A stretch of 64,000 nt of DNA from Dehalococcoidia bacterium (GCA_965221705.1 OZ244908.1:1011564-1075563); one strand, 5' to 3'; positions 33,501 through 41,772 are shown, counted from the stretch's first letter. Numbers and translations are program-made. Notes: generated by a model from the letters alone, not told the origin.

Positions 33501-33528
33501 CGAGCGCCCCTGCGCTGGCGCGGCGCAT
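30520..33528 (-). CDS. Large secreted protein (1002 aa) with two trypsin-like (S1) peptidase-fold repeats, the second apparently non-catalytic; no other recognisable domains
   Basis: Signal peptide MRRASAGALVVLTLVVTLFGLAALQFAAAEEA. Domain 1 carries candidate His (FLTAHHV), Asp (ADVALLEV) and Ser (PGRSTDPVF) residues. Domain 2 has GDGAPIVD in place of the GDSGGP serine motif. The gene is visibly AT-richer than all of its neighbours. Confidence 0.6.
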   Translation of the reverse strand: MRRASAGALVVLTLVVTLFGLAALQFAAAEEATTDSTEPQYELGGRLLTRQLDDGRIEVCFEPTDGDLQCPEKRFIRLDRAPRDRWLRSSEISWTTPIDPEQIIYPEVDIVEVGEPSCEPNIERMMAGTWKVSTVRFSGSAFYIGDGRFLTAHHVIEDQPPFVTLSQGERYIAAAVLGADKAADVALLEVYDHEKVADIPTLALRTPTQDDIGEPIYMVGYTHPGAQKVAFGDVVMRVNSDELETSGDFGPGRSTDPVFDACADVIGVAAVVNSNSTIATSARALATALEGLPISYPELPNQLPLSTQLLSDILIWHYAEDPPAGSDCIHYDVDLWMGFAGNVRDFPFDLRTYRYADTCEWGDVRIVGYDRAPRVDANAEPLFCPRVHYNGFEGESVGSVRIANLVHSSEEHFGTIKLWEYLTLPGCPTPDISHRVNLEFPIPPSDEIGENVFWPQFTLFGSEGVASVPADGTSIISRTMDDGLVERKFTGSWSSIGALEPTGIQVRTRFDTYRLSFLGPGTAEDRRGASSGVEPGIDVTSHIQVRIEGDSGVMSVCLVVPDRERLCPRVGESEQEEPANGGWKAFSSVSWKADLTPTEIRAVMNVEDTMQLGCQVSPELASAAWQFSSMEDSSTAIYVGKNEFLVRASSVPEDLPWGVVSRGESSMVVQRVAEDHRYGFALMEVVGQRNEMRIGHPVRFGDGVDEMLGEWAVLVSYPRSGSDRYMLLFDTVTEIKSRSFRFGSWLIAFGDGAPIVDPCSQELLGMLYGDGRALKSGELNSVLADLRDGKDMVGEFQRGPQLVGTAALSSRPVHITTVPPSGSELRCHIEDAENRGMTYALYAANAADPDVQVVIEGQRKRDGVCSPVGRLFFVEYQSDEAPDRVCAEPSSPESGISDLTIEFVAQEGVELLQAATFRRDACGTRGGGQERLDNWPSDYFVKVRVAESVDMDDVRVSFLDDHGRYIRVRTLRIVSYQEGWIGWRVNADGNREVAKVVVTIDD

Positions 33529-33561
33529 GATTCGTCACTGCCAAGGATCCGCGGTCCCGAG

Positions 33562-34890
33562 CTATTGCGCGCGGTAGCGGACTAGCTGGCGCTTGATGCC
33601 TCCGACGTGGAGCGAGTTGGGCACCATCTGCGGCTCGCCGGCGAGCTCGAGGTTGGGCAGAATCGGCAGCAGCGAGTGGAAGATGGCGCGCATCTCCCAG
33701 CGGGCCAGGTTGGCGCCGAGGCAGAAGTGCTCGCCGTAGCCGCCGAAGGCGAAATGGTCGTTGGGATCGCGGCGGATGTCGAACTTGTACGGGTCGGGGA
33801 AGACCTCTTCGTCGCGGTTGGCCGACGGGTACCACATGACGATCGAGTCGCCTTTGCGGATCGTCTTGCCGCGCAGTTCGATGTCCTGGGTGGCGGTGCG
33901 CTGGAACTGGATCACGATCGAGGTCCAGCGCAGGATCTCTTCGACGGCGGACGGGATCAACTCGGGGTTGGCGACGAGGTCGTCGAGCTGGTCGCGGTGA
34001 TCGAGCAGCGCCTTGACGCCGCCGGTGATCGAGTTGCGGGTGGTCTCGTTGCCGGCGCCGAGCAGGAGTCGGAAGTAGGACGAGATTTCGCGCGGAGTGA
34101 GCTTGTGTCCGTCGATATCGGCGCGCAGCAGGTCGCTGAGCAGGTCGTCGCCGAGACCGTTGCTCTGACGGTCACGGACGAGTCCTTCGTTGTAGAGGTT
34201 GAACTCGAGGTTGACGCGTCGGATGGTCTGCTCACGGTCTTCGCCGGGCAGGCGGAACTCAGGGTCGGCTGCGCCGATGCCGGCCTCGGTCCAGTGGAAG
34301 ATCTTGTCCCAGTCTTCCTCGGGCACGCCGCCCATGTCGCAGATAGCGGCGACGGGCAGCTTGGCGGTGAGTTCGTGCACGATGTCGACGGCGGAGGTCG
34401 CGCCGCGGTCGGCGAAGTCGGCGATGATTGAGTCGGCGAAGGTCGAGACGTAGTTTTCGGCCATCTCGCCGAAGTGGTCTTCGAGCGTCTTCATCATCCG
34501 AGGGGTGAAGTGGTGAGCGACGAGGCTGCGGTGCTGTCGATGCTCGGGCGGGTCCATGAAGATGAAGTCGGGCGGATCGGAGGGGTGTCCGCCGTAGCGG
34601 TTGGCGTTGATCTCGCGGCCGCGCTCGCCGATGCCGATTGACTCGGTGTCGTTCATGCGCAGGAGCTGGGTGTTGGAGAAGAGGTCGGGGTTGGAGGAGA
34701 TGTAGCGGATGTCAGCGTGTTTGGTGATCGCCCAGAAGGGTTCGAAGTTGGGGCGCTGGTACCAGTAGACGGGCGCCTCGCGGCGGAGGATGTCCCAGGC
34801 TTCCCAGGGATAGCCGTGTTCGACGTAGAGGTCGGTATCGGTGATGTTGAGGTTGTCGAGGGTGAGTGCGGGTCGTTCAGCGGTGACCAT
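33562..34890 (-). CDS. Cytochrome P450, CYP125/CYP124-like (steroid or terpenoid side-chain hydroxylase family)
   Basis: Heme-binding loop FGGYGEHFCLGANLA, the AGNETTRNSI I-helix, an EILRW K-helix and extended similarity to mycobacterial CYP125 by eye; 442 aa. Confidence 0.85.
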   Translation of the reverse strand: MVTAERPALTLDNLNITDTDLYVEHGYPWEAWDILRREAPVYWYQRPNFEPFWAITKHADIRYISSNPDLFSNTQLLRMNDTESIGIGERGREINANRYGGHPSDPPDFIFMDPPEHRQHRSLVAHHFTPRMMKTLEDHFGEMAENYVSTFADSIIADFADRGATSAVDIVHELTAKLPVAAICDMGGVPEEDWDKIFHWTEAGIGAADPEFRLPGEDREQTIRRVNLEFNLYNEGLVRDRQSNGLGDDLLSDLLRADIDGHKLTPREISSYFRLLLGAGNETTRNSITGGVKALLDHRDQLDDLVANPELIPSAVEEILRWTSIVIQFQRTATQDIELRGKTIRKGDSIVMWYPSANRDEEVFPDPYKFDIRRDPNDHFAFGGYGEHFCLGANLARWEMRAIFHSLLPILPNLELAGEPQMVPNSLHVGGIKRQLVRYRAQ

Positions 34891-35028
34891 TTGGCGTCTC
34901 CTGACAATTTCACTCGGATGGGCTACAGCCGCAGAGTAACGGTTCGGGAGACAGGCTGTTGGGTTGATTCGGCTTGGCGTGACTCCGTGCCGACAACAAG
35001 ACTCTCTCGACCGTGATTTGGTCAGACT

Positions 35029-35307
35029 TCAAGGGGTTGGCGTGACAAAGTCGAGGGTAATCACGCGTCTCCCTTCATCGACGTCAAAAAACACATAGAA
35101 CGGCGGCGGCCCGATCAGCACCACGAACCAGAACGAGCCCACCACTTGCTTTCTGACCGGGCCCGACGTCCAGTCAATCCTCAGTCCCCAGACGAAACCC
35201 TCGATGAGATCCTCAAGCAGCTCATCTCCAGCAATATGCTCCTCGTAAGAGTCGAAGAACTGCTCGGACTCTGCGATTTCCCATCCAGATCCAAGTGCCA
35301 TTGACAC
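35029..35307 (-). CDS. Small (about 92 aa) putative toxin partner of the Panacea-domain protein, with faint RelE/ParE-like features
   Basis: Start is coupled to the upstream stop (TAGTG or an ATG 5 nt later). Low-GC composition is shared with its partner. The sequence WEIAESEQFF...GFVWGL...GPPPFYVFFDVDEGRRVITLDFV only weakly recalls RelE/ParE toxins. Confidence 0.45.
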   Translation of the reverse strand: MSMALGSGWEIAESEQFFDSYEEHIAGDELLEDLIEGFVWGLRIDWTSGPVRKQVVGSFWFVVLIGPPPFYVFFDVDEGRRVITLDFVTPTP

Positions 35308-35885
35308 TAGGCCAATTCGCGCAGGGCCAAGAGTTCTTTTCCGATCCGCACTCCAACCTCCTCTATCTCTTGTTCGAAGGGGTCGGCGCTAAGAAAGGCG
35401 CTCTGATATGGGATGTCTCCACCCTGGCTGGCCAAGATCCATCCCGGTTCCCTGTGGGAATAGTCCGACGCTTGCCGGGCCGACATTGGCTTGAAGAACC
35501 CTATCACTGCATCGATTATGTCCTTTTCGGCGGGTTCGAAACACTCTCCGTTGGATTCCTCTCCCTCAATGAGGATCAGTCTCTTCTGAACGCGATTAAA
35601 GAAGGGTCGTGATTCGAGCTTCAAACGCTCCTCGTCGATCAGCTCATCCCGAGCCTGCAGCAACTCCTTGGGCGCGGGGCCGGCTTGCAGCTTGCGATAG
35701 GTGGCGCCGCTGATCGGCTGCCCGAGAAGTCGATAGGCGTCGAAGTCGGAGTAGTAGAGAATCTTGTTGAGTTTGACTGCGCCGAACGACGGATCGTCCG
35801 AACACTGGTCGGCGATATAGACAATCAGTTCCTTGAACTTGTCAAGGTTGAAGTCAAATGTGCGCAGCCTGGGCTCTCTGGACAC
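35307..35885 (-). CDS. Panacea-domain (DUF4065, SocA-like) protein, putative type II antitoxin
   Basis: AVKLNKILYYSDFDAYRLLGQPISGATYRKLQAGPAPKE matches the KLxKLLYYxD...GxPIxGxxY...GPVP Panacea/DUF4065 hallmark. GTG start with a GGAGGTGG Shine-Dalgarno 5 nt upstream; low GC. Confidence 0.7.
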   Translation of the reverse strand: MSREPRLRTFDFNLDKFKELIVYIADQCSDDPSFGAVKLNKILYYSDFDAYRLLGQPISGATYRKLQAGPAPKELLQARDELIDEERLKLESRPFFNRVQKRLILIEGEESNGECFEPAEKDIIDAVIGFFKPMSARQASDYSHREPGWILASQGGDIPYQSAFLSADPFEQEIEEVGVRIGKELLALRELA

Positions 35886-35949
35886 GCTCCACCTCCGTCT
35901 CGTCGAGCGATCACGACAATCCTGTGTACTGACGATAGCCTGACGTGTC

Positions 35950-37278
35950 TCAGGCAGGGCGGTAGCGGACCAGTTGCCGCTTGATACCGCCGACGTGGAG
36001 GAAGGCGATCACGTTCTCAGGAGGGGCGACCAGCTCGAGATTGGGCAGCACTGGTCGCAAGGCGTGGAAGATAGAGCGCATTTCCCAACGCGCCAGATTC
36101 GCTCCGAGACAGAAGTGCTCGCCGTAGCCGCCGAAGGCGAAGTGGTCGTTGGGGTCGCGGCGGATATCGAATCGGTACGGGTCGTCGAAGACGTCCTCGT
36201 CGCGATTGGCCGAGGGATACCAGAGCACGACGGACTCGCCCTTGCGAATCGTCTTGCCGCGCAGTTCGACGTCTTCGACGGCGGTGCGTTGGAACTGGAT
36301 CACGATCGAGGTCCAGCGCAGGATCTCCTCGACGGCCGAGGGAACGAGCGAGGCGTCGTCAACCAGCAGCTGCATCTGGTCGGGATGGTCAAGCAGGGCT
36401 TTGACGCCGCCGCTGATCGAGTTGCGCGTGGTCTCGTTGCCGGCTGCCAGCAAGAGGACGAAGTAGCCGTGGATCTCGCCCGGGGTGAGCGGCCGACCGT
36501 CAACTTCGGCCCTGAGCAGATCGCTGAGCAGGTCGTCGCCGAGGCCGTTGCGTCGGCGTTGTTCAATCAGTTCGGCGTTGTAACGGAACCACTCGACGCC
36601 GATCCGCTCGGTCGCCTGGCTGGGAGACTCGCCGGGCAGGCGAAACTCGGGGTCGTCGGCCCCGACGAGGACTTCCGTCCATTTGAAGATCTGATCCCAG
36701 TCCTCTTCCGGCACGCCGCCCATGGCGCAGATGGCGGCGACGGGCAGTTTGGCCGAGAGTTCGTGCACCAGGTCGACGGCTGATGTCGAGCCGCGCGCGG
36801 TGAAGTCGGCGACGACCTTGTCGGCGAAGTCTGAGACGTAGTTCTCGGCCATTTCGGCGAAGTGGTCTTCGAGCATCTTCATCATGCGCGGCGTGAAGTG
36901 TCGAGCGACGAGGCCGCGGTGCTGTCGATGCTCGGGCGGATCGAGGTAGATGAAGTCAGGCGGATCGTCGGGGTGGCCGCCGGTGCGGTTGGTTCCGGCC
37001 TCGCGTTGTCGAGCGGCCGTGCCCAGCTTGGAGGCCCTATTGAGGCGCAGCATCTGCGAGTTGGAGAAGAGCTCGGGATGCGAGGAGATGTAGCGAATAT
37101 CGGCGTGCTTGGTGATCGCCCAGAAGGGCTCGAAGCCGGGTCGCTGATACCAGTAGACCGGCGCTTCTTGGCGCAGCAGGTCCCATTCCGCCCAAGGATA
37201 ACCGTGGTCTCGATAGCGGTTCGAGTCGGTGATGTCGAGGGTGTCGAGCGTGATGGCTGGGGCGTCGGCGATGACCAT
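35950..37278 (-). CDS. Cytochrome P450, tandem paralogue of 33562..34890 (CYP125/CYP124-like)
   Basis: Identical length (442 aa) and a high-identity alignment to the other P450 along the whole protein (MVIADAPAITLDTLDITDSNRY... versus MVTAERPALTLDNLNITDTDLY...), plus the same FGGYGEHFCLGANLA heme loop. Confidence 0.85.
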   Translation of the reverse strand: MVIADAPAITLDTLDITDSNRYRDHGYPWAEWDLLRQEAPVYWYQRPGFEPFWAITKHADIRYISSHPELFSNSQMLRLNRASKLGTAARQREAGTNRTGGHPDDPPDFIYLDPPEHRQHRGLVARHFTPRMMKMLEDHFAEMAENYVSDFADKVVADFTARGSTSAVDLVHELSAKLPVAAICAMGGVPEEDWDQIFKWTEVLVGADDPEFRLPGESPSQATERIGVEWFRYNAELIEQRRRNGLGDDLLSDLLRAEVDGRPLTPGEIHGYFVLLLAAGNETTRNSISGGVKALLDHPDQMQLLVDDASLVPSAVEEILRWTSIVIQFQRTAVEDVELRGKTIRKGESVVLWYPSANRDEDVFDDPYRFDIRRDPNDHFAFGGYGEHFCLGANLARWEMRSIFHALRPVLPNLELVAPPENVIAFLHVGGIKRQLVRYRPA

Positions 37279-37477
37279 GTTGGTGCTCCGTCAGTACTTC
37301 CACGATGCTTGGACGATGCGTGGGGGGCAGGGTGCTCTGGAGACAGGGTAGCGTCGCCGCCTTAGACTCTGCCCGAGATACCTCAACCACAATGGTGACC
37401 CGACCACGCGGAAGCTCGATCACATGGGAGATGGCGCCGCTCAATCATCGGGCGGCTAGCGCGGCAGGAGAGACACG

Positions 37478-38338
37478 ATGGCCGAAGTCATGCGACCCGA
37501 CGGCACGATCATCCACTACGAGGTCTTCGGCGAAGGGAACAGCGAGATTCCGCTCTTGTTGTTCGCGCCGGGCGGCGTCAACTCGGAGATCGGCTTCTGG
37601 AAGCGATCGATCATCAATCCGATCGAGGCGTTTGCCGATGAGTTCACGGTGATTGGCATGGATCAGCGCCATTGCGGCGCGTCGAAGGCCGGACTGACGG
37701 CGTTCAGCTATGACGAAGCGATGAAGGATCAGATCGCTGTGCTGAACGACCTCGGCGTACCGCGAGCGCACGTCATGGGCGGCTGCATCGGTTGCGCGTA
37801 CGCGCTGCGAATCGCCGATCAAGCGCCGGCGCGAATCGCTGGCGTGGTCATGCAGGACCCGGTCGGACTCGACGAGACCAACTCGCCGGAGACGTTTTAC
37901 GAGATGTTCAACCCGACCATTCGGCTCTGTCGGGCGGAGGGTCTGGAGGCGGTGATTGAGGCGGCGCAGCGCGATCCGGTGTTCATGCAGAACAACGAGG
38001 CGGGTCCGTTCGCTCAGCGCATCCACGACGAGCCGCTGTTCGCGGACGCCACGCGCAGCATCCGTCGCGAGGGGTACATCGCGCTCGTGGTCGAGTTCCG
38101 CGATGGAATGTGGCCGCAGAATCCGCCCTACTTCGCGGTCAACGAGGTCGCTGTGCAACGCACGCTGGCGCCGATGCTAGTGCTGCCGGGCGCTGACCCG
38201 TTCCACCCGACGGGGATTGGCGAGCGGATCTGCAATGAGGCGCCGAACGCGCGCTGCCTGGACGTTGACGCGCGATCGCCCGAGAAGTTGCCGGCGACGC
38301 TCGACGCGATTCGGCAGTTTCTGCGCGACTGCAGCTAG
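37478..38338 (+). CDS. Alpha/beta-fold hydrolase with a GxCxG nucleophile elbow (Cys in place of Ser)
   Basis: Alpha/beta hydrolase topology (LLLFAPGG..., HVMGGCIGCAYAL), about 286 aa. Confidence 0.7.
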   Translation: MAEVMRPDGTIIHYEVFGEGNSEIPLLLFAPGGVNSEIGFWKRSIINPIEAFADEFTVIGMDQRHCGASKAGLTAFSYDEAMKDQIAVLNDLGVPRAHVMGGCIGCAYALRIADQAPARIAGVVMQDPVGLDETNSPETFYEMFNPTIRLCRAEGLEAVIEAAQRDPVFMQNNEAGPFAQRIHDEPLFADATRSIRREGYIALVVEFRDGMWPQNPPYFAVNEVAVQRTLAPMLVLPGADPFHPTGIGERICNEAPNARCLDVDARSPEKLPATLDAIRQFLRDCS

Positions 38339-38394
38339 GTGAGCGGTCTGCAGATATCGGCAGTCTGGTACATCCGCCGTCGTAGCCTGCATGG

Positions 38395-39207
38395 ATGGAC
38401 TGGCTTGAGTTTGTCGCGCTGATCGGCATCGGCATGGGCGTCGGCGTGTACGCGACCGCCGTCGGCGCCGGCGGTGGCTTTCTCTTCGCCCCGGTGCTGT
38501 TGACTCGACACGCCGAGTCCAGCCCGGCCGAAGTCGCGATGGCCTCGATGTGTTTGGTGTTGGCGACGTCGGGGCTGGCGGCGGCCCGACTCGCGCGGGA
38601 CAAGCGGGTCGACTATCGCGCGGTCGGCATGGCGGCCGCGATCGCCGTGCCTGCGGGACTGTTCGGCGCAACGGGGACGGCCCAGCTGCCGCGCGATGTC
38701 TTTGCCGGCGGATTCGCCGTGCTCCTGGCAGCGCTAGGCGGATATCTGATTTGGCGTCCCACCGGCGACGCAGGCGCGTTGGGACAACGCGGTTGGCGTC
38801 GGATGATTCAGGACAAACGCGGAGACCGGTATCTGTACTGGATTCCGGTGCGGCGATCGCTTGCCGTGATCGGGGTGACGTCGGCATTGACGTCGCTGGC
38901 GGGCATTGGCGGCGGACTGTTCTTCTCGATGATCACCGTGCGAGTGATGCGCATGCCCGCCTGGTTGGGGGTGCCCGCCTCGCACGCGATCGTAACGAGC
39001 ATCGCCGTTGTGGTGGTCATCTTTCACACGGCGACGCAGCACTTCGGAGATCCGCTCAACGATGTGCCGCCGCTGCTGATTGGCGCAATGATCGCCAACC
39101 CGATCGGATTGCGGGTAGCGGCGCGAATACGCGAGTCGGCGTTGTCGCGATTACTGGCCGCGGGCATGCTGTTGGTGGCGCTGCGCGTGGCGTTCGAGGC
39201 CTTCTAG
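38395..39207 (+). CDS. TauE/SafE-family (DUF81) sulfite/anion exporter membrane protein
   Basis: Multiple transmembrane helices and glycine-rich GxGGG motifs (AVGAGGGFLFAPVLL...AGIGGGLFF) typical of TauE/SafE. Confidence 0.75.
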   Translation: MDWLEFVALIGIGMGVGVYATAVGAGGGFLFAPVLLTRHAESSPAEVAMASMCLVLATSGLAAARLARDKRVDYRAVGMAAAIAVPAGLFGATGTAQLPRDVFAGGFAVLLAALGGYLIWRPTGDAGALGQRGWRRMIQDKRGDRYLYWIPVRRSLAVIGVTSALTSLAGIGGGLFFSMITVRVMRMPAWLGVPASHAIVTSIAVVVVIFHTATQHFGDPLNDVPPLLIGAMIANPIGLRVAARIRESALSRLLAAGMLLVALRVAFEAF

Positions 39208-39225
39208 CTTGCGCCAGCGCTCTCT

Positions 39226-41700
39226 CTAGCCGAGTGGATCGATGTCGACGGACCAGCCGCGGCCGAGATCGATCCGTCTGAGCAACGCTGTCGGTTCGGC
39301 GCTCTTGAGGAGGATGTGGCGTCTCCAATGTCCGCGCTGCCGGGCCGGCGTCGCCGGCGCAGAGCCGATCACTTCAACATGGGAGTCCGCGAGTCGGGAA
39401 CTCAGGCGGCGCAGTTCGCTGACGACGCGCTCAGCTTCGGCTTCCGCCTCGGCTGCGGTCGACCTCGAAACGGTGATGCGAGCGAGACGCCCGTACGGGG
39501 GAAGGTCAAGCGCTGCGCGAGCGCGCCGCTCAGGCTCGTAGAAGGCGTCGTAGTCGTGCGCCGCGGCGGCCACCACGGCAACGTGATCGGGCGCGTAGGT
39601 CTGGATAATGACGCGTCCCCCGCGCGCGCCTCGACCAGCGCGACCAGCAACTTGGGAGAGCAACTGGTACGTGCGTTCCGCGGCGAGCCAGTCCGACTCG
39701 CGCAGCGACAGGTCGGCGTTGATCACGCCGGCCACAGTGACGCGCGGCAGGTCGAGTCCCTTGGCGATCATTTGCGTGCCGATCAGTACTTGCGAGCGGC
39801 CTTGGCCGAACTCGCGCAAGAGGCGCTCATGCGATCCACTGGCGCGGCTGGTGTCGCGGTCCCAACGCGTGATTGGCAAGTCTCCCCAGCGTCGGCGGAC
39901 TTCCGCCTCCAGCTGTGCGGTGCCGAAGCTCATTGAGCCGACACGCGAGTCGTCGCAAGCGGGACAACGTGTCGGCACGGCTTGGCGGACGCCGCATTCG
40001 TGACATTGCAGATATGGCCCTGGCCGATGCAGAGTCAGCGTGATCGAGCAGCGATTGCAGGCGACGGCCTCGCCGCAGGCGCGGCAAACCAATCCGGACA
40101 TGCCGCGACGATTGAGAAAGAGCAAAACCTGTTCATCTGCCTGCAGCGCCTGAGAGACGGCGTCATCGAGCTCGCGGCTGAAGACGGAGCGCACGCCAGC
40201 GGCCAACTCATCGCGCAAGTCGACGACGTCTACAAGAGGCAGCGGGATCACGACCGGCTCGCGTTCGCCTGACTGCACGCGTTGCGTCAAATGCCGCAAC
40301 TGTCCGTTTCCGGATCGAGCCTGGGCCATCGCGACGACGCTCGGCGTCGCGGAGCCGAGCACGGTGACGACATTCCAGGAGCGAACGAGTTCTTGGACGA
40401 CGGTGACTGCGTGATATCGCGGCTGCGGGTCTTGTTGTTTGTACGTCCACTCGTGTTCTTCATCGACGATCACGAGCTTGAGGTCGGCCATTGGCGCGAA
40501 CAACGCCGAGCGCGCGCCGATCAGGATTCGCTTCTCGCCGGCCGCGACCTGTCGCCACTGTTCGCGAGCTTCGGCTTGTTTGAGTTGCGAGTGGCGAACC
40601 GCGACCTGTCCGGGGAATCGGGCCTCGAAGCGCGCGACCGTCTGCGGCGCGAGCGCGATTTCGGGTACAAGCACAATCACGCCGCCGGCCATCGACAGCG
40701 CGTGGTCCGTCGCGGCGAGGTAGACCTCGGTCTTACCGCTGCCGGTGACGCCGTGGAGCAGCACGGATTCGCCCGTGCCGGCGTCGAGCGCATCAGTGAT
40801 TGCGGTGGTCGCCGTGGCTTGCTCCGCGGTCAAGCGCGGCGCGGACACTGGCACGGCAGTCTCGCTGGAGTCGTGAGCGGCCTCGAGGCGCAGCAGTCCT
40901 TCGTCGATCAGGGCGGTGACGTCGTCCCTGGTCGCGCCGCTCTCACGCTTGGCGATGGATTCGTCGAGCAAACCATCGAGCAGCGATCGCACAAGCGCCT
41001 GCCGTCGGCGCTCGGATGCAGTGAGGCGCAGGGCGGCGGCGGCCTGAGCCGCTTCGTCACGGTCGATGGCGAGCTGCACGGTCTGGCTGTCGTTCGCCGC
41101 CACTTCCGTCGCCATTGACGTCGAGGCGAGCCAGCGCTTGAGGGCGTCTGCGCCGCCGACGAGTCGGGCGGCGTCAGCGACAGCGAGCGACTGTTGGCAG
41201 AGCGCATCGAGCAGATCGGCAACTCGCGAGCGCTTGCTGCGCGGCCAGCGTGTGAGGGCATCGCGCGCTTGATCAGTCGTTATGTCGAGTGTCAAGCGCT
41301 TCGGGCGCGTTGGCGCGTTTGGAATCAGCGATTTGAGGTTGGCGCTCGAGGCTCGCGCGCGGGTTGGAGTTCCGGGAGGCAGAAAGAGCGACACGCAGGA
41401 CGCAATCGGGGCGAGATAGTAGTCGGAGATCCACTGCGCGAGCTCGAGTTGTCGGGCATTGAGGACGGGCGTCGGGTCGAGAACTCGCTCGATCGATCGG
41501 GGATCGGCGATGTCTGACTGAGCTGAAATCTCGAGCGCGATCCCAACGGCGCACTGTGTCCGCCAGGGCACGACGACCGACATACCTCGACGCAATGGCA
41601 GATCTCCAGGAACCCGATAGGTGAATGGTCCCGGTTGCGGACTGCCGCTGAGGACGGCGATTTCGGCATAGCGCTCGCGAGCATCGGTCATGTCCGACAT
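39226..41700 (-). CDS. priA: Primosomal protein N' (replication restart helicase PriA)
   Basis: N-terminal 3'-DNA-binding region, Walker A LLHGVTGSGKTEVYL, DEEHE box and a Cys-rich zinc-binding insertion (CRACGEAVACNRC...CHECG...CPACD); 824 aa. Confidence 0.9.
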   Translation of the reverse strand: MSDMTDARERYAEIAVLSGSPQPGPFTYRVPGDLPLRRGMSVVVPWRTQCAVGIALEISAQSDIADPRSIERVLDPTPVLNARQLELAQWISDYYLAPIASCVSLFLPPGTPTRARASSANLKSLIPNAPTRPKRLTLDITTDQARDALTRWPRSKRSRVADLLDALCQQSLAVADAARLVGGADALKRWLASTSMATEVAANDSQTVQLAIDRDEAAQAAAALRLTASERRRQALVRSLLDGLLDESIAKRESGATRDDVTALIDEGLLRLEAAHDSSETAVPVSAPRLTAEQATATTAITDALDAGTGESVLLHGVTGSGKTEVYLAATDHALSMAGGVIVLVPEIALAPQTVARFEARFPGQVAVRHSQLKQAEAREQWRQVAAGEKRILIGARSALFAPMADLKLVIVDEEHEWTYKQQDPQPRYHAVTVVQELVRSWNVVTVLGSATPSVVAMAQARSGNGQLRHLTQRVQSGEREPVVIPLPLVDVVDLRDELAAGVRSVFSRELDDAVSQALQADEQVLLFLNRRGMSGLVCRACGEAVACNRCSITLTLHRPGPYLQCHECGVRQAVPTRCPACDDSRVGSMSFGTAQLEAEVRRRWGDLPITRWDRDTSRASGSHERLLREFGQGRSQVLIGTQMIAKGLDLPRVTVAGVINADLSLRESDWLAAERTYQLLSQVAGRAGRGARGGRVIIQTYAPDHVAVVAAAAHDYDAFYEPERRARAALDLPPYGRLARITVSRSTAAEAEAEAERVVSELRRLSSRLADSHVEVIGSAPATPARQRGHWRRHILLKSAEPTALLRRIDLGRGWSVDIDPLG

Positions 41701-41772
41701 GATCGCACGGTATGGATTCGCTCAGCGGCGGTGCGTTTCAGCGGACAGCTGGTAGCGTCGCAGTCGTAGCCT

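Noticed and set aside
34930-34975. KstR-type operator (TnnAACnnGTTnnA) upstream of the first P450
   Set aside because: The sequence gTAACGGTTCg has AAC and GTT separated by one base rather than two, is not palindromic over 14 nt, and has no counterpart upstream of the second P450. The match is too weak.
33607-36783. Plus-strand ORFs (33607..34431, 35974..36783) antisense to the two P450 genes
   Set aside because: They mirror each other only because the P450 genes are paralogous. The translations are low-complexity and lie opposite the strong P450 motifs.
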